Origin: Alphaproteobacteria bacterium
Lineage (GTDB): Bacteria; Pseudomonadota; Alphaproteobacteria; UBA828
Length of the DNA: 64,000 nucleotides
Assembly (NCBI GenBank): GCA_965214705.1
Contig: CBDCCI010000002.1
Span: forward strand, 1,440,001-1,504,000
Direction: 5' to 3'
Positions 1-9,675 of the stretch are shown piece by piece. Each line of letters begins with the position of its first letter. The first letter of the stretch is position 1. The translations under genes were made by a program, and so were the position numbers. The notes beneath the pieces are model-generated. The model ran no database searches. It was given only the letters and a program-made list of their open reading frames with translations, and was not told the origin of the DNA.

Positions 1-1089
1 AAGCGCAAACTCGGGAGCCGGGAATGGAAGATTTGCCGCTAGTATTGGCGCGGAGACCTTGCCCAGGAGCTGGACATTGCCCAAGGGTACGCCTGCCTCA
101 TCATCGGCGAGGTAGAAGTCGTTGATTGCCAACGTCTTGGCGTGAACCGTGTCGTAACTCTGGCGGACGTCGACAGCAATCATCGCCGTCGCGTTGTGAT
201 TCATGAAGTAGCGCCCGACCAGGCCCGCGCTGTTGGCGACGCCACCCTGCCCGTTACGCCGGTCTGAGCGCAAGAGAATGACTGCCGAGTTGACGGCGCC
301 AGCCGCGAGGATTGTCGTCCTAGGGCGTATACGGTGCTCGGTGTTGTTGCGACTATAGACGACGCCGGTGACGTTCTTGCCACGCGGATCGACCTCCAGT
401 CGCTCGACCTTGGCCCCCGTCACAAGGCGCACGTTCGGGAACTCTAAAGCCCTCGCAAGCGGCCCGGTCTCCGCATCGATCTTCCCGCTGAACGTGTCCG
501 GCACAGCGTCCCACGGCGTGGGGGCCCGCCTGAGCCACGCCTTGACGTCGACCGATAGCGGCAGCGGTGCGGGATGCAGACCCTGGCGACGAAGACGCTC
601 GGCCGCGTCCTCTACTTGAGGTTCGTGGGGGACGGGTGGAAAGGGATAGTCCTCGGAGTGGTACGGCTCGGTCGGGTCGTCGCCAAGCTGGCCGCGCACG
701 CTGAACAATTTCTCGGCCTGGCAATACCACGTCTCGAGTTCGTCGTAGCCGAACGGCCACGACTCCGTGGTCCCCTCCAGGTGGTCGTGCGCCTCGAAAT
801 CCTCGGCGCGAAAGCGGTATAAGACGGCGCCGAAGAATTTGGAGTTGCCGCCCACATAGTAGTAGTTGCCCGGGTTGAACGGCCTCCCGTTGCCATCGAG
901 CCAGGTCTCATCGGGACGAAACACGCCCCGTCTGAAGATCGCGGCGAGGTCGCGCGTCTCCGGCGTATCCCTCAGCCGTTCACCGCGTTCCAGAATCACG
1001 ATTTCGGCACCAGTGGGCGCGAGGCCAAAGGCCGTCGTCGCGCCGCCGATACCGGAACCGACAATGACGAAGTCCGGTAGGCCACCCAC
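1..1089 (-). CDS. GMC-family flavoprotein oxidoreductase (3' end runs off the window)
   Basis: Not in the ORF track because it has no stop in the window. Manual translation of several segments in one frame gives N-terminal FAD motif DFVIVGSGIGG, then FNPGNYYYVGGNSKFFGAVLYRFRAEDF and GLVGRYFMNHN. GTG start at 1089 follows the ABC ATPase gene. Confidence 0.85.
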   Translation of the reverse strand, partial: MGGLPDFVIVGSGIGGATTAFGLAPTGAEIVILERGERLRDTPETRDLAAIFRRGVFRPDETWLDGNGRPFNPGNYYYVGGNSKFFGAVLYRFRAEDFEAHDHLEGTTESWPFGYDELETWYCQAEKLFSVRGQLGDDPTEPYHSEDYPFPPVPHEPQVEDAAERLRRQGLHPAPLPLSVDVKAWLRRAPTPWDAVPDTFSGKIDAETGPLARALEFPNVRLVTGAKVERLEVDPRGKNVTGVVYSRNNTEHRIRPRTTILAAGAVNSAVILLRSDRRNGQGGVANSAGLVGRYFMNHNATAMIAVDVRQSYDTVHAKTLAINDFYLADDEAGVPLGNVQLLGKVSAPILAANLPFPAPEFAL

Positions 1090-1128
1090 GGTCTGTCGCT
1101 CACGGTCTCGCCGTGGCTCGATCAGGTC

Positions 1129-2259
1129 CTACGCGACCGTCGGCCCGTCCACGCGCTCACCGCTGTCAACGTCGAACAGACAGGCATGCGCCATGTTGAA
1201 GTAGAGGCGGGTCGGCTCCGTCAGTGAGGCGGTAGTATTGGGTCTCAAGCGGCTGACGGTCTCCCTCTCACCCAGTTGGAGAACGCCCAGCGTGTCTGCG
1301 CCGGTCGGCTCGATCAGGTCCAGAATGCAGTCGGCGGCGACAAACAGTCCTTCGTCTGTCTCCCTGGGCTGCTCTTCGACAATGTGCTCAGGTCGAATGC
1401 CCAGGATCACGCCACGGCCGTTCAACGCCGGGTCGACACGCAGACCGCAGGTCAGCTTCAGAGGCTGCTCATTCTCCCGCGTCACGGCCAACTCCCAACC
1501 GCCGTCGGCCCCTCGGCCGAGCGTTGCAGGGATCAAGTTCATGGGTGGCGAGCCCATGAAGCCGGCGACGAAGACGTTCGCCGGGTTCGAATAGATTTCG
1601 TACGGGGTGCCTTGCTGCTGGATGATTCCGCTTTCAAGCACGCAGATCTGTGTGGCCATGGTCATCGCCTCGATCTGATCGTGAGTCACGTAGACGAATG
1701 TTGTCCCTGTTCTCTTGTGAATACGCTTGATTTCGCTACGCATCTGAACGCGAAGCTTGGCGTCCAAATTTGAAAGCGGCTCATCGAACAGGAAGACCTT
1801 CGGGTCGCGCACCAGCGCCCGGCCCATCGCCACCCGTTGGCGCTGACCACCGGAGAGCTGACTCGGCTTGCGGCCAAGCAGGTGACCAATCTCCAGGAGC
1901 TCGGCGACGCGTTCGACAGCCTTCCGACGCTCGGCCCTGCGCACGCCCCGCATCTCGAGACCGAAGCTGATGTTCCCGGCGACTGTCATAGTCGGGTAGA
2001 GCGCGTAGGACTGGAAGACCATGGCGATGTCGCGGTCCGCCGGCGCTAGGTCGTTCACGACCCTGTCGTCGATCTCGATCGTGCCTTCGGTGATGTCCTC
2101 AAGCCCTGCGATCATGTTGAGCAGGGTCGACTTTCCGCACCCCGACGGCCCTACAAGGACCAGAAACTCGCCGTCCCCGACCTCGATGTTGATGTCTTCG
2201 AGAACGCGAACGGTTCTATCGAAGGTCTTACCGACTTGCTTGATGCTGAGACTGCCCAT
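1129..2259 (-). CDS. Sugar ABC transporter ATP-binding subunit (MalK/UgpC type)
   Basis: Walker A GPSGCGKS, signature [13 protein letters not shown], Walker [14 protein letters not shown]-terminal TOBE-like region. Confidence 0.95.
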   Translation of the reverse strand: MGSLSIKQVGKTFDRTVRVLEDINIEVGDGEFLVLVGPSGCGKSTLLNMIAGLEDITEGTIEIDDRVVNDLAPADRDIAMVFQSYALYPTMTVAGNISFGLEMRGVRRAERRKAVERVAELLEIGHLLGRKPSQLSGGQRQRVAMGRALVRDPKVFLFDEPLSNLDAKLRVQMRSEIKRIHKRTGTTFVYVTHDQIEAMTMATQICVLESGIIQQQGTPYEIYSNPANVFVAGFMGSPPMNLIPATLGRGADGGWELAVTRENEQPLKLTCGLRVDPALNGRGVILGIRPEHIVEEQPRETDEGLFVAADCILDLIEPTGADTLGVLQLGERETVSRLRPNTTASLTEPTRLYFNMAHACLFDVDSGERVDGPTVA

Positions 2260-2309
2260 GATGTCGTCCTAGGGGCTCCGGCTCTCAGCGGATGTCATTT
2301 GCACGGTGT

Positions 2310-3182
2310 CTATCCCTTCACTGAGCCGCTCATGAGGCCGCGCACGAAGAAGCGGCCGGCAAAGATGTAGATGAGCAAGGTGGGAATGGCGGCGATGAAT
2401 GCGCCGGCAAAGTGCACATTGTATTCCTTCACACCAGTCGAGGTGTTGACGAGGTTGTTGAGGGCCACCGTCATCGGATAGCTGTCGAAATCAGCGAAGG
2501 AGACCCCGAACAGGAAATCGTTCCAAATGTTCGTGAATTGCCAGATCACGGAGACGATTATGATCGGGCCCGACGCTGGAAGCATGATCCGAAAGAAAAT
2601 TCTGAAGAGGCCAGCGCCGTCTACCTTGGCGGCCCTCACCAGTTCGTTGGGAAAGGCGATGTAGTAATTGCGGAAGAACAGCGTGGTGAACCCGATGCCA
2701 TAAATCGTGTGCACGAGAATGAGGCCCGGAATGGTGCCGGCCAGATGGAGAACACCGAGCACACGCGCCATGGGAATGAGCACGATCTGGTAAGGAATGA
2801 ACACGGCACCCAGAAACGCGAGAAACACCAGCTTGTGCCCGCGAAAGGTCCACTTGGTCAGCACGTATCCGTTGATGGCACCGAGCATCGTCGAAATCAC
2901 GACGGCGGGAACCACCATGAGAATGGTATTGACGAAGTAGGGGCGCAGTCCGGTGGGGTCGACGCCGACCCGCGCGGTGGACCAGGCCTTCACCCAAGGC
3001 TCGACGATCCACTCGTGCGGCAGGCTCATCATTCCGCCGGCCTGAATCTCGGCCAACGGTTTGACCGAGTTCACCAGCATGACATACATCGGGAGAAGGA
3101 ACAGAATCGCGAACACGATCAGCGTGAAATATAGAAAAGTGCGAAGAATACGCTCTTCAGGAGAGCGTCTCCTGCGATTCAT
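2310..3182 (-). CDS. Carbohydrate ABC transporter permease
   Basis: Hydrophobic helices and EAA-type loop ELVRAAKVDGA. ATG at 3182 overlaps the upstream stop (ATGA). Confidence 0.93.
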   Translation of the reverse strand: MNRRRRSPEERILRTFLYFTLIVFAILFLLPMYVMLVNSVKPLAEIQAGGMMSLPHEWIVEPWVKAWSTARVGVDPTGLRPYFVNTILMVVPAVVISTMLGAINGYVLTKWTFRGHKLVFLAFLGAVFIPYQIVLIPMARVLGVLHLAGTIPGLILVHTIYGIGFTTLFFRNYYIAFPNELVRAAKVDGAGLFRIFFRIMLPASGPIIIVSVIWQFTNIWNDFLFGVSFADFDSYPMTVALNNLVNTSTGVKEYNVHFAGAFIAAIPTLLIYIFAGRFFVRGLMSGSVKG

Positions 3183-4093
3183 TTCTTGCCCCCGCGCAAC
3201 TCCCAATAGATGTAGGGCACCACGAAAACTGCAATGAGTGCCAGCATGATGATGGCGCTAGAAGCGCCGATGGCCATCTGGTTGCGCGTGAAGGTGTACT
3301 GATACATGAAGACCGACGGCAACCAGGAGGAACGGCCGGGGCCCCCGCTCGTCATGACGACAATAAGGTCGTAGGTGCGAATGGACATATAGATCAGAAT
3401 GACCAGGACACTGATGAACGTATAGCCAAGCTGAGGAATAATGATGCGCGCGTAGAGCTGGAGCTTAGAAGCGCCGTCAACTCGCGCAGCCTTGAGAATT
3501 TCAGTATCGATTCCGCGCAGTCCGGCGAGGAACATGGCCATCACGAAGCCGGTCGTCTGCCAGATTGCGGCGATGGCGATGGTGTAGATCGCGAAATCGC
3601 GGTTCTTGATCCAGTCGAAGCTGAAGCTCGCCCAGCCGGCAGCATGCATGACGCTTTCGAGGCCGACGCCGGGGTCGAGAAACCATTTCCATGCCGTACC
3701 CGTCACGATGAAGGAGAGCGCCATCGGATACAGATAGATCGAGCGAAAAGTGCCCTCTGCCCGAATCTTCTGATCGATCAGGATGGCCAGGAGCAACCCG
3801 AGTGCACAACAGACAACGATGTAAAGGGCGCTGAAGAGCACGAGGTTGACGAGGGCGATGTCCCACGCCCGCAGCGAGAAGAGCGCTTCGTAGTTGCGGA
3901 AGCCGACACCGCCGTAGCTGGGCAGGATCTTCGAATCGGTAAACGAGATGACCAGGGTGAAGGCGATGAAGCCGTAAACCCCGGTGATGACCAGTAGGAC
4001 GCCGGGCGACAGAACAATCTGGGGCAGGCGGGCTTTCAGGATTGAGCGAACACGCATCTCAGCCGGCAGCCCCTTCGCCCGCGTAAGGTGCAA
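3179..4093 (-). CDS. Carbohydrate ABC transporter permease
   Basis: EILKAARVDGAS loop and multiple TM segments. Start uncertain (alternative ATG at 4057). Confidence 0.92.
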   Translation of the reverse strand: MHLTRAKGLPAEMRVRSILKARLPQIVLSPGVLLVITGVYGFIAFTLVISFTDSKILPSYGGVGFRNYEALFSLRAWDIALVNLVLFSALYIVVCCALGLLLAILIDQKIRAEGTFRSIYLYPMALSFIVTGTAWKWFLDPGVGLESVMHAAGWASFSFDWIKNRDFAIYTIAIAAIWQTTGFVMAMFLAGLRGIDTEILKAARVDGASKLQLYARIIIPQLGYTFISVLVILIYMSIRTYDLIVVMTSGGPGRSSWLPSVFMYQYTFTRNQMAIGASSAIIMLALIAVFVVPYIYWELRGGKK

Positions 4094-4213
4094 GCATCGT
4101 GGGCGCTGCGGGTGACGTCAAGGGCGGATGCCACCCCGCAGCGGGCGGAAAAGCGGGTAAGCCGCTCGCACCGCAAGGAATTGCGGCGCGAGCGACCGGC
4201 CTGGTGGCCGTGA

Positions 4214-5464
4214 CTACAGCTTGGCTAGCGCCACCCCTTCCGCCATTTCTTCGACGGCCTCTTCTGCGTTCAACTCGCCGTTGAAGTAAGCGGTGACCGC
4301 GTCGGTAAAGGCGTTCTTCACAGCAGCCCTGTTGGTATGGCTCAGTCCTTGCGAACCCACGAGAGTGCCGTTTGCGTTTGCTTCCTTGAGATGGGCAATA
4401 CCCTTCTTGCCGCAGTCGTCGAATGCCTCGTCGGTGACGTCTATTCTGGCCGGCACAGAGCCCTTGACGATGTTGAAGGCGACCTGGAACTCAGGATCCA
4501 AGATGGCGGACGCCATCTTGGCCTGCGCCGACTGACGCTCCTCGCCGACGTCGAACATCGCGAACTGATCGGCGTTGAAGGTCACATGGCCCTGAGTGCC
4601 GGGCACACGGAAGCAGAGAAAGTCGTCTCCCGGCACCTTGCCCGCGTTGATGAACTCGCCCTTGGCCCAGTCGCCCATAATCTGGAAGGCAGCCTCGTCG
4701 TTGATGACCATGGCCGTCGCCAAGTTCCAGTCACGACCTGAGAAGTTCTCGTCCACGAGTTCGCGGAGCTGTCCCATGCGCCCCAACGCCTTCAGCATCG
4801 TATCGGAGCGGATCGCGTCTTCGTCAAGGTCGATGAAGACTTTCTTGTACCATTCTAGGCCGCCGGCCGAGAGGGCGACGGAATCGAACGTGGTGATGTC
4901 TTGCCAGTGTTGACCGCCATAGGCGACACCGACGAAGCCTGCGTCCTTCGCCTTCTGGGCGACCGCGATGAACTCCTCCCAGGTCTCCGGCGGCTCGGTC
5001 TGGCCGATCGCGTCGAACACACGCCTCGACGCCCAGACCCAGTTGGTGGAGTGCACGTTGACCGGCGCCGAAACCCACTTGCCGTCATGGGTCGCGAAGA
5101 ATTGAAGTGCCTCCGGAATGAGAGCTGTCCAGTTTTCGCTTTCGGCGACCTCGTTCAGGTTTCCGAGGGCTCCCTGCTCGGCCCACTCGAGAATGTCATA
5201 GCCAAGCATCTGCACGGCGGTCGGCGGATTGCCCGCCGTGACCCGCGCACGCACGGCCGTCATGGCCGCCTCGCCGCCACCGCCAGCAACGGGCATGTCA
5301 TTCCAGACGACTCCCTGCGCCTCCAGTTTTTCCTTGAGAACGGATACCGCGGCGGCCTCGCCGCCCGACGTCCACCAATGAAGCACTTCGACCTCGTCGG
5401 CTGCGGTGGCGGCAGCCGGAAGCGCCATCGTCGACATGGCTAGGATGCTGAGGAATCGTTTCAT
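4214..5464 (-). CDS. Sugar ABC transporter substrate-binding protein (glucose/mannose GtsA-like)
   Basis: Signal peptide, then [15 protein letters not shown] and [11 protein letters not shown] motifs typical of glucose-binding SBPs. Confidence 0.9.
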   Translation of the reverse strand: MKRFLSILAMSTMALPAAATAADEVEVLHWWTSGGEAAAVSVLKEKLEAQGVVWNDMPVAGGGGEAAMTAVRARVTAGNPPTAVQMLGYDILEWAEQGALGNLNEVAESENWTALIPEALQFFATHDGKWVSAPVNVHSTNWVWASRRVFDAIGQTEPPETWEEFIAVAQKAKDAGFVGVAYGGQHWQDITTFDSVALSAGGLEWYKKVFIDLDEDAIRSDTMLKALGRMGQLRELVDENFSGRDWNLATAMVINDEAAFQIMGDWAKGEFINAGKVPGDDFLCFRVPGTQGHVTFNADQFAMFDVGEERQSAQAKMASAILDPEFQVAFNIVKGSVPARIDVTDEAFDDCGKKGIAHLKEANANGTLVGSQGLSHTNRAAVKNAFTDAVTAYFNGELNAEEAVEEMAEGVALAKL

Positions 5465-5670
5465 TTTGAGCTCCCTCGTTCGATCTCTGATGCCTGTGCC
5501 ACGATGATTTCCGCCGTGGCGCGTCAGGTATTATCGGGACCCGGGTTCAGCCCGCTCCCTATGAGGCGAGTTTGCGAGCCAGTTCGGAGAAACTCAATTT
5601 CGCAAGGCGTTGAAACATGGCGCAGTATTGCGTACTCTGTGCGACATAGCGCATAAAACTGAGGGTCTAC

Positions 5671-6462
5671 ATGGACGAGGCGACCCGTCGTGTGGCGACC
5701 GAGAACATCCGGAGGCTCGTCCGCGCGCGCGGTAACATCTCCCAGGTTTGTCGGCGCCTCGGCATCAACAGGCAACAGTTCAACAAGTATCTGACCGGCC
5801 AACATCTCCCCTCTCAGCGAAATCTGAACCAGATCTGTGCGTTCTTCGGCGTGAGCTTCGCCGATCTCATATCTCCGGACATGCAAGTTCCGGAAACGCT
5901 TCATCCGTCCGAGTACCTCCAAGGCTACAAAGCGTTCTCCTCTCTAGGGATGATCCAAGACGTGATCGGGAGGTCCGATCGGCGTCGGTTGCGCCAGTTC
6001 GAAGGCGTCTACGAGAAGTATCACTATTCGTCAATCTATAGGGGTGACATCGTTCGAGCGGTCACGCAAATCAGCCCCTACGAGGACATCTATGTCTACT
6101 CCAATCTTGAGCGTTTCCCAAACAAGGACGATCCAAAGAAGCACGACTACGTTTTCAAGTATCACGGCATTGTATTTTTTGTTGACGAGAGATTATTCAT
6201 GATGGACATTGAGAAAGTCCAAAAGAACGAACTTACCTTTTCTATTTACACCCCTATTGCCCGGAACCCGGTGAGGTTTTTTTTCGGCGTAACTTCGGGT
6301 GTTGCCTCTAATCTCTATCGCGAGCCTTATTCGTCGCGCTCTGTGCTGGACTTCCGAGGAGCCGTGCCGTCGACCAAGGACGCCTTGCGTCGAGCAACCG
6401 TTGTGACACCCGACGATCCGTCGATTCCGGCCGAAGCGCTGGAATACCTGAACAGCCGCTGA
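5671..6462 (+). CDS. XRE-family HTH transcriptional regulator
   Basis: N-terminal ISQVCRRLGINRQQFNKYLTGQHLPS HTH. Divergent from the sugar ABC operon. Confidence 0.85.
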   Translation: MDEATRRVATENIRRLVRARGNISQVCRRLGINRQQFNKYLTGQHLPSQRNLNQICAFFGVSFADLISPDMQVPETLHPSEYLQGYKAFSSLGMIQDVIGRSDRRRLRQFEGVYEKYHYSSIYRGDIVRAVTQISPYEDIYVYSNLERFPNKDDPKKHDYVFKYHGIVFFVDERLFMMDIEKVQKNELTFSIYTPIARNPVRFFFGVTSGVASNLYREPYSSRSVLDFRGAVPSTKDALRRATVVTPDDPSIPAEALEYLNSR

Positions 6463-6550
6463 GGAGAGGCGGCTGCCCGCGCGCAGTCGGGGCCGGCGGA
6501 CGTGGCGGTCGAAGGAAGGCCTGACGTTCGATCCCGGACTGCAGCAGTGA

Positions 6551-8353
6551 TCAGAAGTGCTGTTCCAATGCCCGGTTCATGGCGTAGTCCGCCTGCTCCT
6601 TCTCGTAGTAGGCGGGCGAGGGGAAATCCCACCAGCCGGGTGTGAACGGGCCGGCGGCATCGCGCGATGTCATGACCTCGACCAGGGCCGGCCCACCGCA
6701 GGCGAGTGCCGCTTCCAGCGCGGGCCTCAGGTCGTCGTCATCGTCGATACGCCAGCTCTCGACCCCAAATTGCTTCGCGAGGCCAGCGATGTCGGCGCTG
6801 TAGGGCTCGCCATTGCCGCTATGCTGGTTGAACTCCGAGCCGATGTGACGCCCCATGAACTTGCGCTGACCTCCCCGGATGGACATGTAACCGCTGTTGT
6901 TCTGCACCAGGATGACGACGGACAGATCATGCATCGCGGCGACACCGAGCTCCGGCGCCGACATCATGAAGTCGCCGTCGCCGACGATGGAGACCACCTG
7001 TCTGTCGGGGCATGCCAATTTGGCGCCAAGCGCAGCCGGTACTGCCCATCCCATCGGCGAGAACGAGCCGGAGGTGAGATGCGTGCGCGGATGATAGACC
7101 GGGAACGCCTGCTTGACGGCACCCTGGGTGTTACCCGAGCCGACGGTGACGATCCCTTCCCGGTCCATAACGTCGCGGAGGACTTTCAGGGGGCGTTGCG
7201 ACGTGAACGGTGCCTCCGTCGAATCCCGCCGCGGTGCGAGCATTGCCTCCCATTCGGCCTTGGCGCTCGCGATGTCCCCGAAAAAGGTCTCTCGGCTCGC
7301 GAGCGCCTTCGACGACTGAAGATCGGAAATCGATTGCACCATCGCCTCGAGCGTCACGCGGGCATCCGCGACGATGCCGACCTCCGTCGGATAATTCTTG
7401 CCGATCTCGTGATGATCGAGGTCGATGTGGATCAGCTTGCCAGGCGGAATGGAGAAGCTGGCACCCTTACGATAACTGGACGCGGACCAGTCAGTGAAGC
7501 GGCAACCCACCGACATCACGACATCGGCGCTCGCCGTGATGTTGTTGCCGCAGCTAGTTCCCGTCTGTCCTACCGCGCCGATACAAAGCTCGTGATCTTC
7601 GCGTATCGCGCCCTTGCCGTTCCACGTGAATGAAACGGCGGCACCAACCTTCTCGGCAAGTTCGGTAAGCACCTCGCAGGCTCCCGACAGAATGGCGCCG
7701 CCGCCGGCACAGATCACAGGACGTTTTGCTGAGAGCAAGAGCTCCACCGCCTTGTCGATCGCTCGAGGGTCAGGATAGCTCACACCGACCGCCATCCGCT
7801 TGTCGAGCGGGTGAATCGTGACATCGGCCGTCTCACACTGGAGGTCCATCGGCAACTCGACGTGAACGGGACCGGGACGACCCGACAGCATGGTGTTGAA
7901 GGCGCGGTGCATGACGAAGGGGATTTCATCGACGCGCATGGGCTTGTAGGAGCGCTTCGTCACCTGCTCGATGATGTGCGGGAACGAGTTTTCATTCTGC
8001 CGCTCCAGCTCCTGCATCACGCCGTGGCCCTTCATGTGCGTGGCTGGGCCACCGTTGATGTAGAACGCCGCCGTTGAGTCCGCGTAGCACGTGGCGAGTC
8101 CGATCACGGTGTTGGTCGCGCCCGGCCCGACCGATGTCGTGCACGCCATCGGCGTCCCGCTGGCTCTGAAGTGTCCGTCCGCCATGTGAATGGCGCTCTG
8201 TTCGTGCATCACCTGAATGAACGGAATCTCGCTTCCTTCTTGAAGGAATGCATCGAGCAGGCTCCAGTTTCCGTGTCCAGGAATGCCTGCGAGGTAAGTG
8301 ATTCCGTACTCCTTCAGCGCGCGAGCGACAATTTCGCCACCGGTTAACTTCAT
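6551..8353 (-). CDS. Thiamine diphosphate-dependent enzyme (acetolactate synthase/IolD-like superfamily)
   Basis: GIPGHGN, HEQSA, GDGDF...NN ThDP motif. ATG at 8353 is preceded by a GGAGG RBS. Confidence 0.88.
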   Translation of the reverse strand: MKLTGGEIVARALKEYGITYLAGIPGHGNWSLLDAFLQEGSEIPFIQVMHEQSAIHMADGHFRASGTPMACTTSVGPGATNTVIGLATCYADSTAAFYINGGPATHMKGHGVMQELERQNENSFPHIIEQVTKRSYKPMRVDEIPFVMHRAFNTMLSGRPGPVHVELPMDLQCETADVTIHPLDKRMAVGVSYPDPRAIDKAVELLLSAKRPVICAGGGAILSGACEVLTELAEKVGAAVSFTWNGKGAIREDHELCIGAVGQTGTSCGNNITASADVVMSVGCRFTDWSASSYRKGASFSIPPGKLIHIDLDHHEIGKNYPTEVGIVADARVTLEAMVQSISDLQSSKALASRETFFGDIASAKAEWEAMLAPRRDSTEAPFTSQRPLKVLRDVMDREGIVTVGSGNTQGAVKQAFPVYHPRTHLTSGSFSPMGWAVPAALGAKLACPDRQVVSIVGDGDFMMSAPELGVAAMHDLSVVILVQNNSGYMSIRGGQRKFMGRHIGSEFNQHSGNGEPYSADIAGLAKQFGVESWRIDDDDDLRPALEAALACGGPALVEVMTSRDAAGPFTPGWWDFPSPAYYEKEQADYAMNRALEQHF

Positions 8354-8769
8354 GATTTCCTCCGTGTGGCCTTGCGCAAGGCTCGAAGCCGCGAGGGCGA
8401 CGCCAAGACTGCGCCACACTCAGACAATGCCGATCCTGATTAAAGGTCCCCAAGACTGGGATGTTGGTCAATTTCGCATCGGCGAATTTCTTATGCGGAT
8501 TTACGCGAAAACCGCTAAAGTTCGCGTATGTTTCGGAAAACCTTCTTACCGACTTTGCGACCTGGCTTTCCCCAATGCCGTGTGCCGGCAATCGCGCATG
8601 CCGCGGACAACTTCTGTCCCGATGCTCCCAATTACGACGCACTATGGCGCGCTTTCTGCGCAAGAGAGCGTCAGAAAACAGGATTGTGCGAAATTGACCC
8701 AAGATCGTCTTAGGCGACACTCTACGACTGCGGTGGTCGTCGACCGCACCAGAAACGGGAGAACCCCGA

Positions 8770-9468
8770 ATGCCGTCGGATCGGAATGTATCGCGCGACT
8801 TGGCGTTCGCCGACAACCATCTATCGGCGAAGCTGTTCAGCGATGTAGACCGTTTGGACGCTGACGGTATCGTCGTCAACTTGTCTCCGCGAGCAATCCA
8901 TGTGGACGGCGACGTCCGAACGCTAATCCAACCATGGCGCTCCACAATCGTGCGAGGAAACCAAATCCTTGAGGCGGAGCGCATCGCGGTCCTACGCATC
9001 GAGAGGCTTGAGAACCTTGGCGGCGTCATGTTCCGTGGCTGGGACTGGTTCGGCGATCTATATGCCGGGTTTCCTAGGCAAACGCCCTTGTACATGTCGC
9101 CGGTCGACATGGTCGGTCACACCGAAGAGGATCCTCTGGCTTTCACGCGGGAGCGCGAGAGTCGCGAGGAGCTCCATCCGTTTGATGTCGCGCTGAAGTG
9201 CTGGTGGTCGCCCAACGAGACGGATTGCTTTATTCACAACGAGCATCCGTTCCTCGAAGTGCACACCCAGGTGCATGGTATGGGCCGCATGCAGAAATTC
9301 CGCGAACGCGATGCGTCCACACTCTACGAAGACGTTGTCATGGCGCCAGGCTTCACCCATGAGCCGTTCTGCACAGTGGCGGGTGAGAAGGAATGGGCCT
9401 ACCCTTGGCACCGCTACTACACGGACACGGAGAGCATCTGGCTCGCGATCGAATTGCACCCCGTGTGA
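8770..9468 (+). CDS. Hypothetical His-rich cupin-like protein (resembles the aldos-2-ulose dehydratase cupin domain)
   Basis: HNEHPFLEVH...GMGRM...HEPF...YPWH...IWLAIE pattern. The family assignment is from recollection of motifs, not a search. Confidence 0.55.
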   Translation: MPSDRNVSRDLAFADNHLSAKLFSDVDRLDADGIVVNLSPRAIHVDGDVRTLIQPWRSTIVRGNQILEAERIAVLRIERLENLGGVMFRGWDWFGDLYAGFPRQTPLYMSPVDMVGHTEEDPLAFTRERESREELHPFDVALKCWWSPNETDCFIHNEHPFLEVHTQVHGMGRMQKFRERDASTLYEDVVMAPGFTHEPFCTVAGEKEWAYPWHRYYTDTESIWLAIELHPV

Positions 9469-9675
9469 TGCGTTGGCGCGTTGCCCAATCCGGTTCTGCC
9501 GCATGGACCATTGAGCCGCCCATTTCAATTGCTAGCAGACAACGACCCCAGCGCAAGAAGCCTTCTCAGACGCGGCGCGGGACCAAAGACTACCGTTTAG
9601 GAGAGTGGAAGAACGGAAGATCAGGGTGGCCCCGGTCTGACCACTCAGACTGCCCGACAGAGAGCGAGAATTCTC

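Noticed and set aside
5618-5631. TGGCGCAGTATTGC as a sigma-54 promoter
   Set aside because: GG-to-GC spacing is 9 nt rather than the required 10.
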